Positions 8,858 through 17,172 of a DNA stretch of 32,000 nt are shown in pieces. The DNA comes from Cupriavidus necator (lineage in GTDB: Bacteria > Pseudomonadota > Gammaproteobacteria > Burkholderiales > Burkholderiaceae): the NCBI RefSeq assembly GCF_016127575.1, contig NZ_CP066019.1:330001-362000 (forward strand). Reading direction: 5' to 3'. The notes under the pieces are model-generated. The model worked only from the letters and a program-made list of their open reading frames with translations. It was not told where the DNA came from and ran no database searches. The position numbers and the translations under genes are program-made. Within the stretch, counting starts at the first letter, position 1. Each line of letters begins with the position of its first letter.

Positions 8858-10090
8858 TCAAATCACTGCGGCCTGGCGAAGTTCCTGCTGCGCGGCATCG
8901 CTCAGGCCCAGCCATTCTCCGAAGATCTCGGCATTGTGCTCGGCCAGTTGCGGCGCGGACTGGATCGGCTGCGCGGGAGTGGCCGACAGCCTTGGCCCCA
9001 CACCGGGCATCTTCAGGCTCCCGATGCGCGGGTTCTCCACGCTCTGAATGCTTGCGCGCGCGGCATAGTGTGGGTCCGCGAAGATGTCCTCGATGGTGTA
9101 GGTCAGCGTGTACGCAAGTCCCGCCTCCTGCAACGCGGCCTCGATGCCCGCCACTTCCATGCTCCTGACCCACCTGGCGACAGTGGCGTTCAGTTCGCCG
9201 ATGTGCTCCCAGCGCTGACTGTGGGTGGCGTAGCGGGGCTCGCGGGCCAGGCCCGGCTGCCCCATCGCGCTGCACAGCCGTGCGAACATGGCGTCAGTGG
9301 CCAGCGTGAGCACGAGGTATCGGCCATCGGAGGTCTCGAAGATATCGCCCGGCGCCCCGGCGGCGGAAAGATTGCCTTGCCGTTGCCGGATGGCACCGAG
9401 CCGGTCATACGCGGGAACCAGAGTGTCGGTGAAACGGAATACGGATTCATACAGGCCAAGGTCGATATGCTGCCCGATGCCCCCTTTCGCGTCGCGATGA
9501 TATAGCGCCATCATCACGGCGTAGGCACCGAACAGTGCGGCCTGATAATCCGCCATCGTGATTCCCGGTCTCACGGGCGGCCGATCCGGATAGCCAGTCA
9601 GGTGCAGGATGCCGCTGAACGCCAGTGCAATGCGATCGAAGGCGGCGCGCTGCGCGTATGGACCGGTCTGCCCGAAGCCCGACACGCTCAGCATGACCAG
9701 CCCTGGATTGACGGTGGCCAGCGTGTCGTAGGCAAGTCCCCATGCAGTCAGCGTGCCGGGACGGAAGTTCTCCACGACGACGTCGACCTTCGCAGCCAGC
9801 CTGCGCGCCAGCGCCTGCCCCTGCGGCTTGCGCAGGTCCAGCGTAATCGACTTCTTGTTGCGCCCCTCGACGTTCCAGTACAGGCTCTCGTCCTCGATGA
9901 ACGGGCCGATCTGCCGGAGCGGATCGCCGCCGCCTGGCTGCTCGACCTTGATCACTTCCGCGCCAAAGTCGGCCAGCAGCGTGCACGCCACCGGCCCGGC
10001 GATCATGGTTCCCAGATCCAGTACCTTGAGGTTCGCGAGCGGTCCGCGTCCCTGGCTGGCGCTTGTCTTGCTGGCTCCCGGCTCATTCAT
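8858..10090 (-). CDS. family III CoA-transferase (CaiB/BaiF family)
   Basis: 410 aa with GPLANLKVLDLGTMIAGPVACTLLADFGAEVIKVEQPGGGDP, the typical N-terminus of this family. GAGGAAAA precedes ATG 10090. Confidence 0.9.
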   Translation of the reverse strand: MNEPGASKTSASQGRGPLANLKVLDLGTMIAGPVACTLLADFGAEVIKVEQPGGGDPLRQIGPFIEDESLYWNVEGRNKKSITLDLRKPQGQALARRLAAKVDVVVENFRPGTLTAWGLAYDTLATVNPGLVMLSVSGFGQTGPYAQRAAFDRIALAFSGILHLTGYPDRPPVRPGITMADYQAALFGAYAVMMALYHRDAKGGIGQHIDLGLYESVFRFTDTLVPAYDRLGAIRQRQGNLSAAGAPGDIFETSDGRYLVLTLATDAMFARLCSAMGQPGLAREPRYATHSQRWEHIGELNATVARWVRSMEVAGIEAALQEAGLAYTLTYTIEDIFADPHYAARASIQSVENPRIGSLKMPGVGPRLSATPAQPIQSAPQLAEHNAEIFGEWLGLSDAAQQELRQAAVI

Positions 10091-10159
10091 TTGGTGTTTT
10101 CCTCACGATCGACCATGGGACAGATGGTGTGCTTGCGACCGGACTTCACGGTCAGGCGG

Positions 10160-11137
10160 TCACTCTTCACGGGCGCCGGATAGCTTGATCAGGCGCCCGA
10201 TCACGGGCAGTGCGGCCTCGAAGTTCTGGCGGAACTCGGCCGAGCTGTTACCCATCGGCTCGAAGCCGTAGGCCTGGAAGCGTGCCTTCAACGGGGTCGA
10301 GCGGATGATCTCGCGCGAGGTTTTCTCCAGGAACGCCTGCACGTTCGGCGGTATGCCCGCCGGCGCCATCAGCACGATCCAGGCATGCGAGCGGAACTCC
10401 GGGTCGCTGAACCCCGCTTCCGCCATGGTCGGCACGTCCGGCATCGCCGGCAGCCGCGTATCGCCGACCACGGCAAGCGGGCGGATCTTGCCGCTGGCCA
10501 CATACGGCGCCAGCGCACCGGCCGAGGCGATGGTGAGTTGCACCGAGCCACCTGCCAGTCCCTGCAGATCCTGCATCTCGCTGGGATAGGGAATGTGCGA
10601 CATCTCCAGGCCGCGGGAACTGTTGAGATGGCCGATGACGAGATGCGCATTGCTGCCCACGCCGTACGAGCCATAGTTCACCTTGTCCCGGTTGTTCTTC
10701 GCCCAGGCCACGAATTCCTGCAGGTTGCGCGCCGGCACGGCGGCATTGACGGCAAGCACCAGCGTCCCGGCGCTGACCTGCGTAATGAAGGCGAAGTCGC
10801 GGCGCACCTCATAGGGCACCTTTTTCATGGTCAGCGGGACATTGAAGATCGCCGTGGATTGCGCCATCAGCAGCGTATAGCCGTCGGGCGCGGCCCGCGC
10901 CGCCGCCAGCGTGCCGAGCGCGCCCGAGGCACCCGGCTTGTTGACCACGACGACGGGCTGGCCCGTGCGCCGGGTGAACTCATCGCCATAGGCCCGTCCG
11001 ATGGTGTCGACCAGTCCCCCTGGTGCGCTCGGCAGGATGAGCGTAACCGGCTTGCCGGGGTAGGCCTGCGCCATCACGGCGGCACTCCAGGCGAGTGCCA
11101 GGATCGGCAGCAGCGCCTTCTTCTGCTTCATCAACAT
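10160..11137 (-). CDS. Bug-family (TctC-like) periplasmic substrate-binding protein, paralog 1 of a divergent pair
   Basis: The track ORF 10160..11233 is trimmed to ATG 11137, preceded by GAGGAGAAG. It reads MLMKQKKALLPILALAWSAAVMAQAYPGKPVTLILPSAPGG and is 325 aa long. Confidence 0.9.
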   Translation of the reverse strand: MLMKQKKALLPILALAWSAAVMAQAYPGKPVTLILPSAPGGLVDTIGRAYGDEFTRRTGQPVVVVNKPGASGALGTLAAARAAPDGYTLLMAQSTAIFNVPLTMKKVPYEVRRDFAFITQVSAGTLVLAVNAAVPARNLQEFVAWAKNNRDKVNYGSYGVGSNAHLVIGHLNSSRGLEMSHIPYPSEMQDLQGLAGGSVQLTIASAGALAPYVASGKIRPLAVVGDTRLPAMPDVPTMAEAGFSDPEFRSHAWIVLMAPAGIPPNVQAFLEKTSREIIRSTPLKARFQAYGFEPMGNSSAEFRQNFEAALPVIGRLIKLSGAREE

Positions 11138-11367
11138 ATTTGTCTTCTCCTCACACGTACTGCGGGGAGCCAGATCCGGCCCGAAAGCTTGTCGAGATGT
11201 CGCTACGCCATGGTTGCCGCCATCCGGCGCCATCGATACTCCCTGACGCAGGGGGGATCGGAGCGGGGCTTAAGTCCATAAGCCTGCCTTTACGCCAGCA
11301 CTGCCTGCAGGCCAGAGGCGTCTGACCGCGATGGCAGTCGGCGCCGTTAGCGTCCGCCGTGGCCGAT

Positions 11368-11385
11368 GGATTTCACATGAAACGG
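11368..11385. repeat. GGATTTCACATGAAACGG, copy 1 of an inverted near-identical 18/19-mer
   Basis: Read directly. It has an internal dyad TTTCA-CA-TGAAA and lies near the centre of the 447-bp bug/bug divergent spacer. Its partner is at 12584..12602. Confidence 0.6.
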
Positions 11386-11584
11386 CGCTTTTGGCGATGC
11401 GCGGAACCGTTGCGGCGGCACGGCGACAGCCGATGCACGCCCCCGACGGCATAAGCGCTGCTCTTGCCCCCTGCGGCGGGTAGTAGGAATGATCGGCAGC
11501 GGGGGTGACCATGGACGCATCGGGCAATCCCGAAGCGGACGGCTGCATGGCCCGGGCCGCAATATCCCGAAGAGGAGGAGACAC

Positions 11585-12562
11585 ATGCTCATCAGGTGCA
11601 AAAGGGCGCTGCTACCCGTGATGGCAATCATCTGGGGTACCGGCAGCCTTGCGCAAACCTACCCCGACAAGCCTGTCACGCTGATCGTGCCGGCCAGCGC
11701 AGGCGGGGTGGTCGACGCTCTGGCCCGTGCCTATGGCGACGAGTTCAGGAAGCTCACGGGGCAGCCCATGGTGGTCGTCAACAAGCCGGGTGCCTCGGCC
11801 ATGGTGGGGACGCAGATGGCCGCGCGCTCGGCCCCCGATGGCTACACACTGTTGATGACGCAAGCCACGTCCATCCTGAACGGGCCGCTGATGACCAAAA
11901 AGATGCCGTACGACGCGCGGCGCGACCTGGCATTCATCACGCAGGTGGGTACCGGGAACCTCGTCGTGGCCGTAGGCAAGGACGTCCCCGCCCGCAACAT
12001 GCAGGAGTTCATCGCCTGGGCCAAGGCCAACCGTGGCCAGGTCAACTATGGTTCGTACGGCGTCGGCGGCACCGCGCATCTGGTCTCCGCCTACCTGAGC
12101 AGTTCCCGCAACCTGGAGATGTCGCACGTCCCCTATCCGGGCGAAGCGCCGGAGATCCAGGGGCTTGCCGGCGGCGCAGTGCAATGCGCCATTGCTTCGG
12201 CCGGCGCGCTGGCGCCCCATCTGGCAAGCGGCAGGGTGCGCGCGCTGGCCGTGATTGCGGACAAGCGCCTGGCAGCCCTGCCGGACGTGCCGACCATGGC
12301 CGAAGCGGGTCTGCGCGATCCGGAGTTCCGTCCGCAGTCATGGATCGTGCTGATGGCACCGGCGGGCACGCCGCAGAACGTGCTGGCGTTCGTCGAAAAG
12401 ACCTCGCGCGACATCATCCATTCGACGCCGATGAAGGCGCGCTTCCAGGCCTACGGCATCGAGCCGGTCGGCAACAGTTCGGCCGAGTTCCGCCATAACT
12501 TCGAAGCACTCATGCCTGTCATGGAGCGCCTGATCAAGGTATCCGGCGCCGCGGGGGAATGA
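11585..12562 (+). CDS. Bug-family (TctC-like) periplasmic substrate-binding protein, paralog 2 of a divergent pair
   Basis: The track ORF 11489..12562 is trimmed to ATG 11585, preceded by GAGGAGGAGA. It reads MLIRCKRALLPVMAIIWGTGSLAQTYPDKPVTLIVPASAGG, is 325 aa long, and is collinear with 10160..11137. Confidence 0.9.
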   Translation: MLIRCKRALLPVMAIIWGTGSLAQTYPDKPVTLIVPASAGGVVDALARAYGDEFRKLTGQPMVVVNKPGASAMVGTQMAARSAPDGYTLLMTQATSILNGPLMTKKMPYDARRDLAFITQVGTGNLVVAVGKDVPARNMQEFIAWAKANRGQVNYGSYGVGGTAHLVSAYLSSSRNLEMSHVPYPGEAPEIQGLAGGAVQCAIASAGALAPHLASGRVRALAVIADKRLAALPDVPTMAEAGLRDPEFRPQSWIVLMAPAGTPQNVLAFVEKTSRDIIHSTPMKARFQAYGIEPVGNSSAEFRHNFEALMPVMERLIKVSGAAGE

Positions 12563-12583
12563 GCGCGGCCTGGCGGTCTGGTC

Positions 12584-12602
12584 CCGTTTTCATGTGAAGT
12601 CC
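12584..12602. repeat. CCGTTTTCATGTGAAGTCC, copy 2 (reverse complement GGACTTCACATGAAAACGG)
   Basis: Read directly. It sits in the 56-bp bug-synthetase spacer and ends 17 nt before ATG 12619. Confidence 0.6.
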
Positions 12603-12618
12603 GTTTGTCGAGGAGAGT

Positions 12619-14775
12619 ATGTCGCAACGAGAATTTCCATCAGGCATCCGGTCCCTGGATGCCGTGTTCCGCCCGAGATCCATCGCCGTGGTTGGCGCGT
12701 CGGATGATCCGACGCGCATCAATGGACGCCCGATCGCCTTCGCCAGGCGCTTCGGCTACGAAGGCGCCATCTATCCCATCAATCCGTCGCGTCAGACCGT
12801 GCAGGGCCTGCGGGCGTATCCGAGCCTGCGCGACGCGCCCGACGGTATCGACTGCGCGATCATCGCGCTGCCGGCCGCGCTCGTGATCGACGCCCTGCAC
12901 CAGTGCGCTGGCAAGGGCATCCGTGCCGTGGTGCTCTTCACCAGCGGCTTCGCCGAACTCGGGGAAGCGGGCCAGCGCAAGCAGGAGGAGATCACGCGGA
13001 TCGCCAGGGCCCACGGCATCCGGCTGCTCGGCCCCAATGTGATCGGCTGCTTCTGCCTCAGCCGCAAGACCTACGTGACCTTTCTCAGCGATGTGGACGG
13101 CGCACTGCCGGCCGGCAAGCCGCGTATCGGACTGGTCAGCCAGAGCGGCGGCTATGGCGCGCATATCTACAAGCTGGCGCTGCAGCGCGGCCTCGCCGTC
13201 GACCAGGTGGTGACCACCGGCAACGAGGCCGACATCGAACTGGGCGAGGTGATGGAGTGGATGGCGGAGTCGCCCGATGTCGACATCATCGTCGGCTATA
13301 TCGAGGGCATCCGCTCGAAGGCGTCGTTCATTCGCGGCCTGGAGGCTGCGCATCGCAAGCGCAAGCCCGTGGTGCTGATGAAGGTGGGCGCCACGCAGGC
13401 GGGCGCAGCGGCGGCCGCATCGCACACGGCCGCGCTTGCCGGCGCCGATGCCGTGTACGACGCCTTGCTGCGCGAGTATGGCGCCTACCGCGCCAGGTCG
13501 AACGAGGAAGTGCTGGACGTCGTGTACGCGCTGAGCGCCGGCAAGCCCCTGCGCAAGCGCAAGCTGGGCGTGGTCACCATCTCCGGTGGCGCCGGCGTGC
13601 AGATTGCCGATTTCGCATCGGAAGCGGGGCTGGACCTGCCGATGCCATCGGAAGCCACGCAACGCGCACTGCGCGAGATCGCACCGTTCGGCTCGCCCGC
13701 CAATCCGGTCGATGTGACGGCACAGATCTCCAACGACCCCGAGATCTTCACGGCGACGCTGGACCGGCTGCTCGACGCCGGCTATGACTCGCTCCTGATG
13801 TGGCTCGGCCCGGCCGTGACCAATGCGCGCGCCGGTGCTCCGATTCGGGCAACCATCGAACGCATTGCCGCCACGCGCCCGGATGTGCTGCAGACCATCA
13901 ACCTGATCGGCGGGGCCGAGGTGACAAGCGTCTACGAAGCCGCCGGCTGCCTGCTGTTCGAGGAACCGCGCCGCGCGGTCCAGGCGCTGGCCGCACTGCG
14001 GTATTTCGAGCGCGTGTTCTCGCGGCCGCTGCCGGTCCGGCCCGACGTGTCGCAGATGACGCTGCTGGCGCCGGATACCACGTACAACGAGGTGGATGCC
14101 AAGCGGGTGCTGGCGGGCGCCGGGGTGGCCCTGCTCGACGAGCGGCTGGTGCATACCCCGGCGCAAGCCGCCGAGGCTGCGCGCGAGATCGGCCGGCCGG
14201 TAGCGGTCAAGGTCGTGTCGGCCGACATCCAGCACAAGTCCGACGTCGGCGGCGTGGCGCTGTCGCTTGCCTCGCCGGAAGAGGCTGCGCAAGCGGTGCG
14301 GCGCATGGCGGGCGAGATCCCGCGCAAGGCGCCAACGGCGCGCATCGATGGCTACCTGGTGTCGCCCATGCTGAACGACGGCGTGGAGTGCATCGTCGGC
14401 GTGCATGCAGATCCCCTGTTCGGCCCGGTAGTGATGTTCGGCCTCGGCGGCGTGATGGTGGAAGTCATGCAGGACGTCGCGTTCGCGCTGGCGCCGCTGG
14501 ACGAAGCCGGCGCGCTCGAGCTGGTCCGCAGGGTGAAAGGCCATCGCCTGCTGACCGGCTTCCGGGGCAGGCCGCCGGCGGATCTGCCAGCCCTCGCGCG
14601 CGCCATCGCGAGCATTTCCCGGCTTGCCGCACGCAATGCCGACCGCCTTCAGGCACTCGAAGTCAACCCGCTGTGCGTCCTGCCCGAAGGGCAGGGCGTC
14701 GTGGCCCTCGACGCCGTCGTGCAGACCGGCGCACCGGGCCTGCCCATTGCACACCCGCCTGCCAAACAGGATTGA
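12619..14775 (+). CDS. NDP(ADP)-forming acyl-CoA synthetase (acetate--CoA ligase family; CoA-binding + ligase-CoA + ATP-grasp domains)
   Basis: 718 aa with RSIAVVGASDDPTRINGRP, FTSGFAELGEAG, LLGPNVIG and the phospho-His motif AAASHTAALAGA. The C-terminal ATP-grasp part reads VAVKVVSADIQHKSDVGGV. GAGGAGAG precedes the ATG. Confidence 0.9.
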   Translation: MSQREFPSGIRSLDAVFRPRSIAVVGASDDPTRINGRPIAFARRFGYEGAIYPINPSRQTVQGLRAYPSLRDAPDGIDCAIIALPAALVIDALHQCAGKGIRAVVLFTSGFAELGEAGQRKQEEITRIARAHGIRLLGPNVIGCFCLSRKTYVTFLSDVDGALPAGKPRIGLVSQSGGYGAHIYKLALQRGLAVDQVVTTGNEADIELGEVMEWMAESPDVDIIVGYIEGIRSKASFIRGLEAAHRKRKPVVLMKVGATQAGAAAAASHTAALAGADAVYDALLREYGAYRARSNEEVLDVVYALSAGKPLRKRKLGVVTISGGAGVQIADFASEAGLDLPMPSEATQRALREIAPFGSPANPVDVTAQISNDPEIFTATLDRLLDAGYDSLLMWLGPAVTNARAGAPIRATIERIAATRPDVLQTINLIGGAEVTSVYEAAGCLLFEEPRRAVQALAALRYFERVFSRPLPVRPDVSQMTLLAPDTTYNEVDAKRVLAGAGVALLDERLVHTPAQAAEAAREIGRPVAVKVVSADIQHKSDVGGVALSLASPEEAAQAVRRMAGEIPRKAPTARIDGYLVSPMLNDGVECIVGVHADPLFGPVVMFGLGGVMVEVMQDVAFALAPLDEAGALELVRRVKGHRLLTGFRGRPPADLPALARAIASISRLAARNADRLQALEVNPLCVLPEGQGVVALDAVVQTGAPGLPIAHPPAKQD

Positions 14776-14780
14776 TCGAC

Positions 14781-15950
14781 ATGGATCTTTGTCTGACTCC
14801 CTCCCAACTCGCATTCCGCGACGACGTGCGCGCCTTCATCGCGGCGCGCCTGCCTGCCGGCATCCGCGAACGCCTGCGGCGCGGCATGCGTCCGCGCATG
14901 GAAGACAACGCCGTCTGGCATCAGACGCTCAACGAGCGCGGCTGGGTGGCTCCGCACTGGCCGAAGAAATACGGCGGTGCCGGCCTCGGCGCCATCGAGC
15001 GCATCATCCTCACCGACGAGCTGTATCGCGCCTGCGCCCCGCAGCCGCTGGTCATGAACATCAACATGCTCGGCACCTTGCTGCTGCGCTACGGCACCGA
15101 GGCGCAGAAACAGTACTTCCTGCCGAAGCTGCTGGACATGAACGTGATCTTCTGCCAGGGCTTTTCGGAACCGAACTCGGGTTCCGACCTGGCATCGCTG
15201 TCGACGCGTGCCCGCCGCGAGGGCGACCACTATGTGGTGGATGGACAGAAGATCTGGACGTCGCATGCGCACCACGCCAACTGGATGTTCGCGCTGGTAC
15301 GCACGGCGCAGTGCGAACGCAAGCAGGACGGCATCTCGTTCATCCTGATCGACATGAAGAGCCCGGGCGTGTCGGTGCGCCCCATCATGACGATCGACGG
15401 CTACCACAACGTCAACGAGGTGTTCTTCGACAGCGTCCGCGTGCCCGTCGAAAACCTGGTCGGCGAAGAGGGGCGGGGCTGGGCGTGCGCGAAGTACCTG
15501 CTCGGCAACGAGCGCATCCACGTCGCCAACGTCGGCTTCTGCTGGGAGCGCCTGGACTACGCGCGCGAACTCGCCGCAGCCACCCGCCAGGGGGACGGCT
15601 ATCTGATCGACGACCCCCGGGTGCGCGCCGACCTGGCCCGCCTGGGAGCGGAAATCCGGGCACTGGAACTGACGAACTGGCGCTTCCTGCTCGACCCCGA
15701 CATCGAGCGCGCCAATCCCGGCTTCGCGTCCGTGCTCAAGCTCAAGGGCTCGGAGATGGCGCAGGAGCTGACCACCCTGATCGCCGGCATTGCCGGGCCC
15801 GCGGGCGTGGAGCGCCATGCGCTCGATACCGCCGTGCCCGATCCGATGGGCGCCGCCGTGTGGGGATACTTCTTCCATCGGGCCTCGACGATCTTCGGCG
15901 GTTCCAGCGAAGTCCAGAAGGACATTCTTGCCAAGGCAACCCGGGGTTAA
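14781..15950 (+). CDS. acyl-CoA dehydrogenase, large/alpha-type member of a tandem pair (PimC/FadE-like)
   Basis: The track ORF 13800..15950 is trimmed to ATG 14781. Motifs: MDLCLTPSQLAFRDDVRAFIAARLP, WPKKYGGAG, FCQGFSEPNSGSDLASL, GQKIWTS and IFGGSSEVQKDILA. It is a paralog of 30107..31252. Confidence 0.9.
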   Translation: MDLCLTPSQLAFRDDVRAFIAARLPAGIRERLRRGMRPRMEDNAVWHQTLNERGWVAPHWPKKYGGAGLGAIERIILTDELYRACAPQPLVMNINMLGTLLLRYGTEAQKQYFLPKLLDMNVIFCQGFSEPNSGSDLASLSTRARREGDHYVVDGQKIWTSHAHHANWMFALVRTAQCERKQDGISFILIDMKSPGVSVRPIMTIDGYHNVNEVFFDSVRVPVENLVGEEGRGWACAKYLLGNERIHVANVGFCWERLDYARELAAATRQGDGYLIDDPRVRADLARLGAEIRALELTNWRFLLDPDIERANPGFASVLKLKGSEMAQELTTLIAGIAGPAGVERHALDTAVPDPMGAAVWGYFFHRASTIFGGSSEVQKDILAKATRG

Positions 15951-15953
15951 ATC

Positions 15954-17090
15954 ATGAACTTCAATCTGAACGACGAGCAGCGCCAGCTTGCCGACAGCCT
16001 GTCACGCCTGCTGGCCGATCACTACAGCTTCGAGAAGCGCCGTGCGTTGACAAGGCCGGAAGCCACCTGCGAGCCCGCAATCTGGACGCACCTTGCCGCG
16101 CTTGGCGTGACGGCGCTAGGCATCCCCGAGGCATTCGGCGGCCTGGGCGGCGGCACACAGGACCGCCTGCCGGTCATGCAGGCCTTCGGGCGGGCGCTGG
16201 CCATCGAGCCCTACCTCGCCTCGGCCGTGCTCGGCACGACGGCTGTGCGCGAGGGCGGCAGCAGCGCGCAGCAGGCGGAACTCCTGCCTTCGCTGGCAAG
16301 CGGGGAAATGCGTATCGCGTGGGCCCATGACGAGGCGGCCGGCCGGCACGCGCCGCTGTGGGTCGAGACGACCGCCAGGTCCGGTCCCGATGGCTGGCGC
16401 CTGGACGGCGCCAAGGCCCTGGTGCTGCACGGTGGCGCCGTCTCGCGCATCGTCGTGACCGCGCGCACGCGCGGCAAGGCGCAGGACGAGGATGGCCTTG
16501 CGCTATTCCTTGTCGATCCGCAGGCGGACGGCGTGACGCGGCGCGCCTACCGGCTGGTTGACGACACGCCAGCCGTCGAACTGACGCTGCGCAACGCGCA
16601 GGCCTGCCCGCTGGGCGATGTCTCCGACAGCGTCCGCGCGACCGCGGTGATCCGCGCCACGCAGGCCGCCGGCATCGCAGCGGCCTGCGCCGACATGGTC
16701 GGCACCATGGAGACGGCGCTTCAGCTCACCACCGACTACGTTCGCACGCGCAAGCAGTTCGGCCGGCCGATCGGCGACTACCAGTCGATGCGCCACCGCA
16801 TCGCGGACATGTGCGTGAGCCTCGAACTCGCGCGCAGCATGGCGGTGGCCGCCGCCGTTGCGGGCGATGATCCGTCCGGGGACGATGGGCTGGCCGAACT
16901 GTCGCGTGCCAAGCTCGTCATTGGCCGCCATGCCCGCACGCTCTGCCACGCGGCGATCCAGTCGCACGGCGGCATCGGCCTGACCGAAGAGTACGCCGTG
17001 GGGCATTGCCTGCGCCGCGTGCACGTGCTGGACCAGTTGTTCGGGGACTGCGATGCGCATACCCGGTGGCTGGCCGGACAACTGGGCTGA
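15954..17090 (+). CDS. acyl-CoA dehydrogenase family, small/beta-type partner of the tandem pair (PimD-like)
   Basis: 378 aa, starting 3 nt after the upstream stop. Motifs: MNFNLNDEQRQLADSLSRLL, TRKQFGRPIGDYQSMRHRIADM and HGGIGLTEEY. It is a paralog of 31249..>32000. Confidence 0.88.
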   Translation: MNFNLNDEQRQLADSLSRLLADHYSFEKRRALTRPEATCEPAIWTHLAALGVTALGIPEAFGGLGGGTQDRLPVMQAFGRALAIEPYLASAVLGTTAVREGGSSAQQAELLPSLASGEMRIAWAHDEAAGRHAPLWVETTARSGPDGWRLDGAKALVLHGGAVSRIVVTARTRGKAQDEDGLALFLVDPQADGVTRRAYRLVDDTPAVELTLRNAQACPLGDVSDSVRATAVIRATQAAGIAAACADMVGTMETALQLTTDYVRTRKQFGRPIGDYQSMRHRIADMCVSLELARSMAVAAAVAGDDPSGDDGLAELSRAKLVIGRHARTLCHAAIQSHGGIGLTEEYAVGHCLRRVHVLDQLFGDCDAHTRWLAGQLG

Positions 17091-17121
17091 GCGCTGCGCG
17101 ATCGCGTGATTTCCGGTCAGG

Positions 17122-17146
17122 GCCCCGGCGCAGTCACGGCCGGGGC
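17122..17146 (+). terminator. candidate terminator hairpin after the ACAD pair
   Basis: GCCCCGGC (17122..17129) pairs with GCCGGGGC (17139..17146) across a 9-nt loop, followed by tgtccctttgc. The T-tract is weak. Confidence 0.4.
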
Positions 17147-17172
17147 TGTCCCTTTGCTCGCCCAGGCTCGAC

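Noticed and set aside
13800-14780. Long N-terminal extensions offered by the ORF track. Examples are 13800 for the ACAD at 14781, 5001 for bug, 5894 for NMO, 26930, 29969, 29269, 24408, 11233, 11489, and 4206 for the SDR.
   Set aside because: The extensions overlap the preceding gene or intergenic DNA and translate to Arg/Pro-rich junk. In every case an internal ATG or GTG with a good SD coincides with the normal N-terminus of the protein family.
12640-14814. 724-aa minus-strand ORF antisense to the acyl-CoA synthetase. Similar very long antisense or off-frame ORFs include 17134..19686 (-), 27972..29963 (-), 1569..3308 (+), 772..2004 (+), 14624..16330 (+), 14649..15878 (-), 19732..20847 (-), 24627..26051 (-) and 25831..27219 (-).
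   Set aside because: These are typical shadow ORFs of high-GC DNA. Their translations are Arg/Ala/Gly/Pro/His-rich low-complexity strings with no family motifs and no SD. Each is fully covered by an opposite-strand or other-frame gene with clear family signatures.
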